Positions 11,199 to 25,296 of a stretch of DNA of 64,000 nt are shown here, piece by piece. Below the pieces are notes generated by a model. The model saw only the letters and a list, made by a program, of their open reading frames with translations. It was not told where the DNA came from and did no database searches. The DNA lies in NCBI GenBank assembly GCA_004764695.1, contig SMSO01000014.1, forward strand, positions 4,474,845-4,538,844, given 5' to 3'. This DNA is from Schizochytrium sp. TIO01. Lineage: Eukaryota > Protista > Bigyra: Labyrinthulomycetes. The translations under genes were made by a program, and so were the position numbers. Each line of letters opens with the position of its first letter. Position 1 is the stretch's first letter.

Positions 11199-14100
11199 TC
11201 TCAGCGATCTCCGCGCTGAGGAAGGCTACACGGGCAGCCCTGGCGATGACCTCTTCTGCTTCTTCGTCTTCTGCCCGTTCGCATCGTCATTCTCCAGCGA
11301 CCGCAGGCCGAGCGACGACTCTGCGGAGGGCGAGGACATTTCCTGGCGCAGCGCCACGAGCTGATGGGGCAGGTCGTCCTTCTTGTCCTCCTTCTGGTCG
11401 TCGTGGTCGTCGTCGTTGAGCGCGAGCTCCACAAGTATTGCGGGTGTCCTGTGCGGAGTCCAGGCGTCCAAAAGGGCCTGTGCTGCGACGAGCGTCACAG
11501 TTTGCTGCAGTACGAGTCCACGGGCCTCAGTTGTGGATTCCTACGTGCACGCACGCACGCACGAATGAATTCATTCATAAGTAAGTAAGCAAGCAAGCAA
11601 CCTGTTGGGTCCCGATCTTCGAGGCGTCGTAGTTCAGGTTTTGAGCCTCCTCGTTCGAACCGCGCAACTGAGAATCCATTTCCCGATCAGCTCCTTCTTC
11701 TCTGCCAAAGGGGGTCACGACAAACTGCATTCTAACGATGCCGACTTTGAAGAAGATCAGCAAATCAATCCATCGATCAGCCAGTCCTTCAGTTTGCTGA
11801 CTTACCGGTTCTATTGATTCATCGATTCTTTGTCTGCTGGGAATGATGGATGCTCAAGAATGATGGATGCTCAACGATGAAGTGAAACGGAGTGAAACGG
11901 AGTGAGATGAGATGGAATGGAGTCGCGAATCGTAGGATAACGAGCTCTCGCGAAGATAGCGATGCAATGCATATGCAATCGGTGCTTTGGTTCTCTAAGA
12001 ATGTAGGTATCACCGGCTTTTGATCCCCTCTAACCAGCTCTCTTTTATATCATTTCACGTTCTTGACCACGCGTATCTTATTTTAGTTTCCTCCAGTAGA
12101 GAGTTTTAAATTAAAATTTAGCAAGACAAGACAAGAAAAGAAAAGAAAAGAAAAGCTTTTTGATTCAAAATCAAACAAATGTTTTATCTTATGCATTATT
12201 AAAAACAATCTTTCCTTCTTCCGGCGCAGTGTGCTAGTATCTTGCTACATCTTATCGTAACAGTGGCAGCCGTGCTAGAAAAAGAAAAAAGAAAAAAAAT
12301 AGAGAAGGGCGCTCACTCTTTCTCTCTTTCTTTCGTTTCATTCATTCATTGGTTTCCCGCATTGCAACGCTCGCGAAGCTCTCAGGTATCCTGCGAAGAA
12401 TGCCAATAGGGGGACAGACCTTCTCCAGGGACCCTCGAGAGCTCCTTTTCAAGCCTTCTCAGAGTCCTTTGCGGTTTTCTTCTTCGTCAATCTATGGTTT
12501 GCTTCGAGTTGGTCTTCTCTTTTTGGCCTCCTTCTGCTTTTGCTTTTCTCTTTACCGATCATTTCATTTCATTTCTATTCATTTCATTTCTATTCATCTC
12601 ATTTCTATTCATCTCATGTCACTGTTTTCTATTTGTACATTCAACTAAATCGTTTCATCGACATCTGTTCGATTAAAAACTAAAGATTATCCAACAAAGG
12701 GAGAGAAAGGAAGGAAGAAAGAAAAGCGGAAAAGGCTTTCTTTCTTATTCTTGCAAAGCTCTTTCTTGGTCTGATAGACAATGACAATGCGGTTGAGGCG
12801 CCAATGACGTGCGCTCTGCGAAAGCGATGACGACCGTCCGTGCATAAGAGAGCGCCCAAACGCAACGAGGGAGGCCTATCCAGAGAGGAGAGAGCGGGAA
12901 GAACTGAGTGGGCACGGCGAAGAAAGCACCGCGGAACTCTCTTCGAACGAGGGCAAACCATCCGATGATGCTTTCTTTTCTTTTCCAGTTCTTTTCACCC
13001 ATAGCTTTTCTTTCATTATTAACTCAAGTTCTTCGCTGGAAAGTAAAGCTTTATTTTTTTAATATAAAATTTAATTAACAGTACCTGTTCTCGTGGTGTA
13101 TACCTATTTTCATTGAAAAAAAGAAAAGAGAGAAAAGAAAGAGAGAAAAGAAAGAAAGAAAGAAAGAAAAATAAAGTAAAGCGTCAGAATAATTAAAACT
13201 TTAAAACTCTAAATCATTAAAACTTTAAATAAATCTTTACCTCCAGAAGATACTATTTTGGGAACACCAACAAACATCAGTCGCCGATCATCGAGCTCAA
13301 TGCTGCAGCAGCAGCTCTTCCTGGCGGTCGGTGGCGGAGGCCGCTGCGCTTAGCCGGTAGCGCAGCTCCACTGCCGCCTCCCTCCCTCGGAGAACGCGGT
13401 GCCTCGCGAACTAGTGCCCACCCGCTTCGTTTCCCAGGTCCCAGCCTCGTTTCTGGTCGAGCTGGAAACCTTAGAAACTCGAGAAAGATCGAAGAAGCGC
13501 ATTTGGGAGAAGAGCAGTATAGCCACGAAGAAGAAGGAAGGTTTGGATTGCACGGGAGTCAGGAAAGAACCCCAGTTCGTCTCGGTTTGGTCCTGAGGGC
13601 CTGGCAGAAGAGATAATATCCGCTTCTACTTGAACCAGGAGAACTTTGAGGTCAAGTTCATGAGGTTCGTGGCCAAACGGCCTTCAGTGCAAACCGCTGT
13701 TTAGCTCTTGAAAACAGTGCAAGATCTGCGAAACCCAAAATAGCAGCAACATGAGCAGCAGCTTCTGTGTGATGATTAGTGTGTGCCTTCAGTGAGAACA
13801 AAAACCTACAGACAGGAACTTTGTCGTATAGGCTGAGAACCCGCACAGGATCAATTTGATTTCTTGAATGAACGAATTGAGTTGACCTTAGAATTACGAG
13901 CTCTGCATTGAAGCTGTTGATGATTATTGCGCGAGAGAATGTGACTTTGAGTCTTAGAGGATGACTCTTCCCCCGATCTCTGAAACCCTGGTCTTCAGCT
14001 TGTAGCATCCTTTAGACCTGACCTTTAGCCACAGACGCCTCGACGTATGAAGGTCGAATTATAGTACCTTTTTGAAGAGATCTATGATGAATCTGCAAAC

Positions 14101-16210
14101 TTGTTGAGGGACGCTAACTCTATTCTATCATTGCACTGCACTGAGTGGATAGGTCAGAGGTTGCGCAATATTGAAGATGTGCTTTAGTGCTTCAGGATAA
14201 AAGATTGCGTCAATCGAGGTGGAGAATGTGTTATTGCTTCAACTTCATGCGATAACTTGCCGTTTCTTTCGACACATGACATAGGTTAGATGAATAAATA
14301 GTAAATCCAAATCTTCTTCCTTTGCCGGTTGAATAATTGTCAGCTCAAAGAGTTTCAACCAAGGAATTGAATTCTCAGATGGAAGAAGCACTTCCAGGAG
14401 GCTCTCGAAGGAGCTGCTCAACAACAAATAATGACAGTGAAACCTCTAATAAATCGCAAAGGCAGCCAAAGAACCCTCGAAAGTAGAGTTCCTTCATTGC
14501 ACATGAAAGTGCTTCTTTTCGATCTCGCTTCGTCCACCTTGAATGACTGTGAGGCCTTTTCATAATTCACTCGCCAAACGAAAAAAGAATTCATTTCATC
14601 TTCTCTGGTCAGCACAAGCACTTGAGTTTTTTGCCCACGATTATTCCGAGCTGACCGCCCTCCGTCATAAACTGATCTTCAGTTTCTTCTGGAGCAGCTT
14701 CAGGTCCCTCATAAGCATCAAGCTCAACCCAGCAAGTCCCTAAATCGTGCGTTCTCTAGTGGTTTGTCTCTTCATGACCTCAAGTCATGTGATTTATAAA
14801 TAGACGAAACGCCATCGCTTCTGTTCTGCATTGACGGCAACCACAATCGTCCCGACAAAGATCAACGGTTCTTCTTCTTCCCCATCCGCTTTGCATTGCA
14901 AGAGCATTTCCCCAATTCTTTATTTTTATACTCCACTAAAAAGGTACATTAAGACCTTGACAACTTGAAATCCTTAAAATATAAAATATGCATCGCTCAA
15001 TCTCTCAATCAATCAATCAATCTATTGAGTATAAGTACCATACTGAGCGCCCATAACCAAAGATCGCGCCATTCGAAACAAAACAACAGCTATTCTCACG
15101 CAGAGGAGACTCATGGGTGCAGTCTCTACTGCGTCGTAGTAGCTGCGCCGAAGCAGCGTCTGCGTGCTATTTTGGATCAGATCAGAGTGATATCCTCGTC
15201 ATCATCACTTTGACGCCCAATCTCGAAAAGAAGCTTCTTCCTCTTCTTTTTCTTTTTCTTCTTCTTCTTCTTCTTCTTCTTCTGTGATGACCACGGATAT
15301 GGTATGAACGTACGAATAGCTATCTATCAGGTGCCTTTCAAGTTCTTCAATGTACTTTGGTGGTTCTGTCATCACGATCGTCAAGCGAGTTATCGCAACG
15401 AAGGGAGGGCTTGCCTCGTAGAGTTTGGAATAGCCAGCTGCTAGTCTACTGCCTGCGACGCTGTGGGTGTGCGATCACTGCCGATTCAAGAGTCGTCTTG
15501 GCGGCATTCGCAATCTTTCCTGAGATCGTGGCAACAATTGCAAATCGCGCAAAGACAGCCCTCAAAGCCTGAACTCAAGCCGGAACGCGGCACCGACTTC
15601 GCGCTGGTCTCGAAGTTCAGGAAGGCTGCAGTGCAATGCCATCTTCACATTGTGCGCCGCCGTGCTTTCTTGAAACCTGCGAGATCCGTAGATTCTGCTG
15701 ACTAAGCGAGTGATCCTTTTTCCGCCGCTGCCAAAGTCATCATAACTTTATTTTTTTAAAGTTTATGTATTTATGTATTTATTTTTAATTGAAAGAAGTG
15801 TTTATTTTTTTTTTTTAAAAAATATAAAAATCTAATGTATATCTCTCTATATACCCTGTTTATCGATTTCTCTTTGCCGGTCTTTCTGCAAATCTTCAGG
15901 TTATGCAATGCAACGCAATGCGAGTGCATTGAAAAGGGTCCGAAGGGCGTCCTTGGTAGCTGATTACTGCGAAAGGGCCGTCCTCAGCCCCCTTCGATCA
16001 GCTTTCTCGCAGCTTGGACGTCCCTTGCTCCGCCTCTCACGGCCCAATCTGCGCGGTCTGACCCTGCGGAGAATTAACAACTTTGATATCTTAGCATCAC
16101 TTTCTGAGTAAAAAGAAAGGGGTTCCTTTTTCTTTAAGTACTGTAGTCTCCATCCAAGCTTTTTCATTTTTTTTTTTCTTCTCTCTCTCTTCATGTTTTC
16201 ATGTTTTCAT

Positions 16211-16253
<43 letters not shown>

Positions 16254-19200
16254 ATTAGAAGTAGTAGTATTCTTAATATGTGTATTTTAAAAATATATCA
16301 TATTAAATTATTAAAAACCTCACTTGGTTGTAAAAGAGGTGGTTAGGTTAGAGGGTGAGCTCAAACAAAGAAGTTTTTCCAAAGAAGGAACTTCTTTTGA
16401 AAAAGTAAAGGACCTGAGGACATCTTGGAATCTATTCGTAAAGAGCGCATTAGTTGGTAAGATTGGTCGATCCATCCGCCGCGTCATTTTATAGAGGGTT
16501 CGTCCTTATTCTGCGAGGTTTCCAAAAGGTTTTGGGTGTCCTTGCGCGGTTTTGCTTGATCGTGGTGCCAAAGTATCATGGTATCCGCAACTTAGTTCGT
16601 ACACTAACTAACTGGCGTGCGCAGGTGTGCGTTTTACGTTAGCTGGTAGGTAGGTGTAGGTCCTAGCTATTCTCCGCAACCCTTTTCGCGCACCACAGAT
16701 AATATATGGGGACTCTTGCCTTTTTACTCCATTACTCATAGATGCAGTCACTACTTATCTTTAAAAGTTGTTCTGCTATTTTGTTTTTGTCTTTAACAGA
16801 ATAAAAGGTATTCATACTTCTTATTTAATATATTTTGAATCATAGTGTGTTACTTTTAATTATATTTTAATTCAAAAAGAGCTGAAGGGGGAAAAGGTAA
16901 AAGAGAAGAAAAGAAATGAGAGTAAGGAAGATTGCTTTGCTTTGCTTTTTCTTTTTCCTCCTCTTCACTGTTGCGATGACCCCTTCTTTGTTTTTTCTAC
17001 GTCCGTCTGAAATTCATTTCTCTTGAAGCTACCAAAGTGCCGCGGATGCTTCCTGAAGCGTGCTTGTTTCCCCGTCGTTCGTTCTGTTCTCTTCGCGTAA
17101 TGGAAGCGCGAGCAGCACGCCCATTCATCCCCTCACACCTTTCACCTAGTACCTAGTTAATAATAGGTAATTAATTATCTAGCATTTCGAAATGTTTTTG
17201 ATTAAAGTCAAAACCCTCTTAGGGGAGCTTACATAGCTAGATACTAGAAGGCACGAGCTTTGTTTCTTCTCATTCACGCACTGTCGCGCACTGTAATTCG
17301 ATTGGAAAGCCTCAGACTTTGGATGCTCAGACTTTGGTTGTTCATCAACCTATTCCGGTGTGTTTGCCTTTGTTTACACCGTATCAATGGCTTTGGAATG
17401 GTGAAGGAAGGGTTAGTCACAGCAGAATACCGACACGAAACACGCACGGATATCATTGAATGCTCAAGGTTGTTGGTAATAGGGGGTTGATTTAGAACGA
17501 GCCGCAGCCAACCACTGCCACGATGCGACAGATGTTGCCTGCCCGGGGACCTATCTCGCCATCTCTCGAGGACGAGAACCCACGCCAGGCAAGCCCAAGT
17601 CGAGGTCTGCAAGCGTCCCCGTCGGTTTGTCGATCGATAGGTTGAGCTCGAGCGAGCGTCTTCCATGGAGATCAGGAGCATTTCGGTTCGTCGTTACCAC
17701 GGTGATATCGACGCTATCGGGTACCTGGAATTGTAGTAGTTTTGGGCTTCCACTGTTGTCGATATCTTGGGAGCGTCGCTCGCTCGAGGGTTTTGACAGC
17801 GCCCTCGCACGTGAAGACACTGCACGAACCAGCAACCTCAAGTCGAGCAACTTGAAGGAGGGGGTGCCACCCGCTAGGTTGGGGCAAGATTGTAACGGTG
17901 TTCTCGACATGGAAATTGGCAGCTTTAGTCGCTCTTGTTGAGGTAGGTAGGTCAGCGCAACGTGCTACAACTCACACGAAGGGCTTCCTTCTTCTACAGC
18001 TAGCTGCAAGCAAGCAAGCAAGTCTTGCCCAATACCGTCAGCACAGGCGGTTTGTTTGTCCGTGTGTGTCTGTCTACCTGTCTGTCTGTTTGTCTATCCT
18101 TGAAGCTCGGTGCTGCCGCTTAGAAGGCCCTTTCGCAAGAATCGCAGACCTCATGACATCAGGCTAATTTGTTCATGTACTCGCATCGTCGTCAACCCTA
18201 TCCTGAAGGCTAGTGCTAGTGCTCCGCCGTTGTTGTTAATCCTCAACCCGGCCATTAACATCCACGACCTTGAATTTACCTTCTTCGCCTTCTCTCTCTA
18301 TTGATGGCGCTGATGGCAGGAGCAAACTCATGGTGCGGCGGTGCAGTGCGAGGCTGGCTAGGTCGCGGCTCCAAGCCTGGGCCTGAGCTTAAGCTTGAGC
18401 TTGCTTGGCAGCGGTTCATTCATTGCTGCTGCGCATTTTACAAATTCACAAGCTCACGAAACCACTCGAGGAGGGCTCGGAAGATATTGAAGGTAGCTAG
18501 CTAGAATTCGGCGACTGCATTCTCTCATCTTATTCACTCACTCACTCACCCATTCATTCCTTTCACTCATCACAGAACCAGGTTGAACTCTAGAAGCTCA
18601 GCTGCGTGATGGCATCTTTGGCGCAGCCGCACAGCAGCAGTAGCAGCAGCAGAAGCAGAAATAGCAGCAGAAGCAGAAATAGCAGCAGCTTCGTATCGAT
18701 GTTGGCCTCCTCGAGCCATGATCTGTGAATGCCGATCACAGCCACATTTTGGCTTGGAATTCGTGAACCCGAAACCATTGTAAAAGCCTCAACCTGCCAA
18801 AGGTGCTACCAACTAGGATGAAAATCGTCGTCATCCTTGTCGTGGAGGACGCAAATGGGTTGCGCGGCCCTCGCTCTGGTAACTTGAAGGTGGGGTTGTC
18901 GGGGTTGGGACATGACATGGCTAACCTTGCACCCTTTCGAGAGGCTGGCCACAAAGCATCCCGTCCTCGTCTTGAGCTCGAGCCCTGCTCCTCCTCATCG
19001 CGAATAGCTGCAACCTCCGTCCACCATCCATCTTCATCTTCATTGCACCGTTTCGATCTATGATCTCTTGGCCACATGGCCAAACGCGGTCGTCATTGTA
19101 GTCGTCATGCTTGCTTGCTGCCGCTTGCTAGCTAGCTAGCTTTGTGGCGCTGCTTGGGCCACCAACCACTCCCAACCCCCACTCGAACAACCAGTCGTCC

Positions 19201-19418
19201 TGGCGCGAGAACAGGTTGGTTCGCGAGAAGCGGCACCAGCGAGCGCTTCAGCGGCTTCACCAGCGGAGGCTCGCAGCCTCTCATTTCGCGATGCATGCAT
19301 GATCCCGTGCCGCCCAAGAAAGCACTTTGCAGAACCATCGCAGTGTCAGATTTGGCAGAAAGCGAAAGTCAGAACTTTGAACTAACTATACTATTCTATC
19401 CCATAATAACGAGGCGCC

Positions 19419-19590
19419 TGAATTGTTTGAATTCGAATAGTTTGAATAGTTTGAATTTGAATTTGAATTTGAATAGTTTGAATTTGAATTTGAATTTGAA
19501 TTTGAATTTGAATTGTTTGAATTTGAATTTGAATTGTTTGAATTTGAATTTGAATTGTTTGAATTTGGATTTTGAATTGTTTGAATTGAA
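19419..19590. repeat. Compound TTTGAA / TTTGAATTG / TTTGAATAG tandem array
   Basis: Visible directly; it generates the spurious LNLNLN, IQIQ and FKFK ORFs. Confidence 0.95.
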
Positions 19591-21070
19591 GAAGAAAGAA
19601 AGAGCGCACCGCACTGCCTACTGCCTCCTATGCCCTCGCGTAGGCACTGCTAACCGCGATGTAGTTTGGTCTCGCGTCTCACTGTGTAATTACTTAGTTT
19701 GGGTGAGAAAGTAGTGACGACCAATTACTTTCTTTTACTTCCTCTGTGATGATGGCAATCTCAGCCAAAAGGCTCTGTTTGTTGGGTTTTCAATTGATGG
19801 AGCGATACTTAAGCAAGTGAGTGAGCAGGCAAGTAATTAATTAATTGATTAATTAAGTAAGTAAGTATGTAAATAAGCAATTCCTCTGACCCCTTTGACC
19901 TTTCCTGAAAGGTTCATCGCAAATGTTTTAAGAGGGGAAATAATCATCAATTTTAGTTTCGTTTTGTTTTTTAAATTAAAAAGCAAAAGCAAAAGCAAAA
20001 ACTTTGCCTTCCTTCGTTAGATTCTTATTGCCTTATCAACCCTCGAACGATGAAATGAGAAGGTCTTCATTGATTGATTGATTGATTAATTAATTAATTG
20101 AATTGAATGATCGATTGAATCTCTCTACCTGTAGCAAGAAAGAGAAGAAGCGACTTGAACGAGCGGGAGCAGCCTCGGCCTCTCTCTGAAAGCTCCGCAG
20201 CGCCGCTCAATCGAAAGGGCCTCAAGAGGGAACGAAAGGGAATGGGGGAGTGGCTGAGCTTGGAATCGAATCGGGTTTCGCCCAAAGATTAAAGAGAGAG
20301 CTCTTTCTTTTCTGTTTCTTTTAACTTCATTATTTTAGGTAGAAAAAACAAAATATTCTAAAGAAAAAGAAGCGAAGCAAAAAGTAGGTAAAAGGGGGAA
20401 AGAGAAACTGCTTTAAATAGAGGTTATTGGCGAGTGCTCTTTTGGGGTTTCTGACCACTCACTCTCTCGTTCATTCGCCTTCATTTGTCGCGATTGGAGA
20501 ACTCAATCACTCAATCAGAGACAACCTGCGAAACGTGGGCAACTTGCCTTGCTCGAAGAGGGAGATTGTTCGATAAAGTCGAGTACAAACAAAGGATCGA
20601 TGGGCAATCGACGATCGCGAAGTACACTCCATCCAATTCAATTCAGAAGCACTCCGAAGAAGTTGTAGACGAAGATGGCAAAGCAAACAGTGATAATAAG
20701 AGTGAGAACAAACAAACAAACAAACTCACATAATAAATAAAACCTTTCAAGTTCTTTCTTTACACTCCTTTCTAATCGCTTCGCTCGCAGCGCCTCAATA
20801 GTCTATGAATGCGTAGGCATAAGTAAGTAAGTAGGTAGCACCTAGCTAGCGCCGCTTATTTCCTTCGCACTCCGGAACGCTTCGAGAGCGTGCCAGTTTA
20901 AGCAAATAAGCCTGCGTTTTGGCTTCTGCAGCAGGGCACCTGCGTTCCTTTTGATCTGAAGAAGGCGACGAGCCGAAGAAGACCCTCGAAGATCACGAGG
21001 AATGAGCTGTTTGCTGAGCTTTGCGCAAGTTGCGAAGATTTCGAAGGGCTCTTTTCGAGATGCGCGAGAC

Positions 21071-21200
21071 TCTCTTTTTCTTTCCTTTTCTCTCCTTTTC
21101 ATTCCTTTTCTCTCCTTTTCATTCCTTCTCTCTCTTTTTCTTTCCTTTTCTCTCCTTTTCATTCCTTTTCTCTCCTTTTCATTCTTTTTCTCTCCTTTTC
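21071..21200. repeat. Pyrimidine-rich 10-bp repeat (NNNCCTTTTC) with a 60-bp higher-order duplication
   Basis: 21071-21130 is nearly identical to 21131-21190. Confidence 0.85.
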
Positions 21201-23127
21201 GAGGCCCATTTCACTATTAATTACATCGTTAGGTTGGTTGGTTGGGCGCCATGGTAGGACCCGCTAGGACCTCCTAGGCAGCACAAGTGACCCTCCCTTT
21301 CTTTCCGTATATCAATCACTTTACCTGCTTTGGACAGAAATGAGCGAATGAAAGAGAATTCTGATGCTTCTCATCGCACAACTTCTTCTTCTTCGAGTGC
21401 CATGAAAAAGCGCGGCAGAGAAAGAGCCTTATTCCCCTTGAAGGCGGCTCCTCCGCTGACAGCTGTCTATCTATCTGCCAAAGTAGTTTGATAGATCGAT
21501 GGCAGCGCTCTTTCTTTCCACGCGCAGCGAATGCTTTCTTTCCCTTCTGCCTCGCAGCGAAAATTGAAAATGCCACGAAAACTTTGACGGCAGGAAGTCG
21601 CCGGCTACCCGTTACTATAGTAGTCAGATAGCACCAGAAAAGTCAGCACTGCCGAAAAGACGAAGAAATAAGAACGGAAAATGAAATGAATGAATGAAAG
21701 AAAGAAAGGAATCGGAAGTGACTAGTTAAAGAAAACATCGCCCGAAAAGGCACTTTGAAACGAATAAACATTGAAAGAGTTTTACTTTAAAATGCAAACA
21801 AACAGCAACAAATAACATAAATAATGAAAATAATAAAATTATACAATACTTTTAAAGAAAGAAAGAAAGAAAGAAAGAAAGAAAAAAAGTCTATGAAGGC
21901 AGACAGGCAATACTGTAGGAATCCCTCTGCCTTGGATAGTAGTAGTTGCAGACAGCCAAAGAGAGGCTGTGCAGGAGTGGCAGAGAAAGCACTCCCGATC
22001 GATGGATCGTCAGAATTGTCCATTGACAATCCGCCTTTCAAAGCCCTCAGCGTCCTTTCGCTCCGCCAATGGTCATCAGCTGCGTGGTGGACACTCCATA
22101 TGCTGACATGATCTGCTGGCCGATGACGATCGGTTTCTATTTCCACAGCGCAGTCAGTGCAACGTTTCTGCGATAATAATTGCCATGAGAAGCAGATAAG
22201 CGCCGCTCTGAGTTCCGGTGCCAACGATAAGTAAGATATAGGCAAGCAATTCCTCGATCGATGGGATCTGGGCATTGGATTTGATCTGATCTGACCATCG
22301 TAACACTATTCGCCTCGCCCATGATCGGCATGGAAGCGTGGTCGATGACCAGGTCGTGGTAGCTAGGTTGGTGTACTTATTGATGTATGCATTCCTTCAA
22401 TTATTGATCTATTTGTTCATGCATGTCATGGTGATGATCACGATGGTGGTCAACGTCGGCATCGTGGATGAACGACATCCATCATTGCCAGTTCCTCAGT
22501 GGTGGGCTCTGACGGGTTGGGTGCGAGCAGCTTCGTCCAGCGGTTGAACGTCAACGAACAAATGCAGGAAGGATGGAAGCAATGGAGTGGAGCGCAATGC
22601 ATGGATGCATAGATGCATGCGTGGATGCATGCATGCACGCACTGCGGTTTCCATTTGACCTCCACCTTTGCCTTCATGACGGTGCCCCTCGGCAGCAAGA
22701 TGAGCGATCAATCGCAAGCTACCGAAGCTCCATCCTACGCAGCAATCATATCACCACCGCCACCACCAAGGCACCGCTGGAACTCCTCAGGCCTCTGCTG
22801 TTGTCACACGCATGCACGAGCAGAGCTTGGAGCACGAGGCTAGCGAGCAAGCAAGCAAGCCCGCTGCCCAGGTTTTGACACTCGCTCAAGCACGATGCCG
22901 CTTTCCGTTGGCTGTTTAGCCAAGCTGCGTAGCTGTCGTGGACGAGAACGGGTGCCGCCGCGAAGGCTCTCCCGCTCTCAGTCAGGCTCGCGAGGCCGAG
23001 GGAGTCGCAGCTCGCCAGGTCATGGCCGCGTGCTTCGGCTCTCTTGGAGAGGCCCAGAGAAGCAGAAGACGAAGCGCTCGGAGACCTTTGTTATGTTGTT
23101 CGCATCCTCGAATGGGAACTGGCCCAT

Positions 23128-23178
23128 TCTCAGTCTCAGTCTCAGTCTCAGTCTCAGTCTCAGTCTCAATCTCAGTTT
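23128..23178. repeat. (CTCAGT)n microsatellite
   Basis: Visible directly. Confidence 0.9.
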
Positions 23179-25296
23179 CTGATCGTCGATTGATCGATCG
23201 CAGGAAATGCTCGGAAAAGGCAATGGCAAGCAATATCTATGGCGCGATGGCAATCAATGCCATCATCGATACCGATACCGACGCCCATGCCGATGCAATG
23301 CCAATGCCAATGCCAATGCCAGAGCAATCAATGTGAACGGGGCAGAATTGGGTGAGTTCCTTTCGTAGAGATTTCCTTTCCTCGATCGCCTCGGCGTACG
23401 TATCGGCGTCGTTGGCGTTCAAGAGCGGCTTGCGTCGAGGGCTTCAACGTGTAAACAAACGAACAAACAATGAATGAATATGTATGAATGAACGAATCAA
23501 ACAATCGAACGGATGACAGCGGAAGGAAGCGAAGGGAGGAGAATTGCGAAGCAAAGAAAGTTCATGGCCCTCATTTCCGTGGCGAACTAATCAATTGCCT
23601 GCACTGTTGCTGAAGCTCTCTTTTCTTCATCGTAAAATAATCGAAACATGTTTACTTTCTCTACTCTGCTTTACTTTGCGTTGCTTTCTAAAATGATGAG
23701 AGGAGATTGTTGGCATATTCAAGGTATTTGGAAATTTTCTCGCTCGATACTATAATTAAAATTAAAACTTTCTTGATGAAAGTTAAGACAAAGAAAGAAA
23801 GGGAGAATAGAAGAGAGAGCTTAAGAACTCTCGCAGAACTCTTCTTCTCTCTCTCTCTCTCGTTTCTCCTTTCTCGTTCTTGTTCTTGTTCTTGTTCACG
23901 ATCGCCGTAGAAACACTCAGCAGGAGCACCAAAGCAGAGGGCAGAAGGCGCCTGGTTACATATACTACAGGTCGAGAGAGCGAGCGTTAAGATCAGGAGA
24001 AGAACTGACTGTTTTCTTGTTTCGTCTTTCATTCATACCTTCGCTTTCCCGGCCTTCCATTCCCTTTTTCTCTTCTATTGGTTTCTTTTATATATATAAT
24101 ATTTGAAAACGTATTTTAAAATAGTTTTAATTTAAACCTTTGATTGCTCACTATTTGCTTAAGCAGGAGCTAGTTTACAAAAGCAATTTCCTTCCTAGAG
24201 TTATGATTATATGGTATGTTTTACGAGTAAATTACTTTTTTGCTGTTTACTTTTATTTATTTATTATTATTTTTCTTAAAAACTTTACTTTAAAAATAAA
24301 ATATAGAAAGAAAATAAGATGAGTTAGTTAGAATGGAATGAGAAGTGAAAGTAAAATGAAAATGTGGAAGAAGAGGGAAAGTAAATAAATAAACGAAAAG
24401 AAAATAAGAGGAGACAAAAAAGCGGAGAAGAAGAAGAAGAAGCGTCAGGGAAAGCAAACCTCGAAAGGAAAGAGACCACGCCCGGCCAGCCAAGTCCGAG
24501 CGCTCTCTACCGCCCCTCTCCTCCCGCGCAGCACCCCGCACCCTTCGCCGCACCCTATCCACCCTCGCCCGAGGACTCCGAAGCTCCCCCTCCCCCCCCC
24601 CCCCGCAAGGCAAGAGCTGCGAGAAAACTCGACGAAGAAACGTCACTCCTCCTTGTTTGTTGTTTGTTTGTTGTTATTCACTTTTAGTGGTCAGAAGGTT
24701 TCAACCTTTGCTAGTTAGTGTCTACGAACCTCGATCCTGCTGCTGCCTGTCCCGAAGCCTTTCGCTTGCCGTCGTGAGCCCTTGATTTGCTTGTCGCCGT
24801 CGTCATTGTGGCCGTCGTGGACTTCTTCTCGTTAGGGTCTCTGCTGAAGCTTTGCTAGGAATACTTGGTTAATTGTTGCCGAGTGGTAGTGGAGATTGAT
24901 TGCTCATTAACAGCGTACCAACCGCATTCAGGCCTCCCGTCGCAGTAGCTGTTTGGGAGCGCGTTAGGGACTTGCATTGAGACCTCCTCTGGAAAAAGAA
25001 GGTCTTGTGATTGTCCGCTCCTCTTCTTCGTTCGAAAGGACGTTTGGGAGAAAAGGAGAGATTGTTGTAGAGACCCTTCTTGGTGTCCCTTCCCATCCCC
25101 CTTTCTACACTCGTACACTCGTCTCAGGATCGTCATAGCCGTGGCCATCCAGTGAGTGTCTTGTGTTTCTAGTTCTCTTGTTGTTTGTTGTTAGCCAGTT
25201 GGACGCTGCCTAGCTCATAAATTTACACCCTCCTTGAGACACCCTCTTTCCCATACATATTTCCCTTCTTTCTTTGAAAACACATCTATCTACACA

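Noticed and set aside
10600-11540. GC-rich segment with acidic-looking short ORFs
   Set aside because: Fragmented in all frames with no recognisable family; cannot be supported as a gene or pseudogene.
19142-19714. 190-aa ORF and antisense ORFs with LNLNLN/IQIQ/FKFK runs
   Set aside because: Artefacts of the TTTGAA array.
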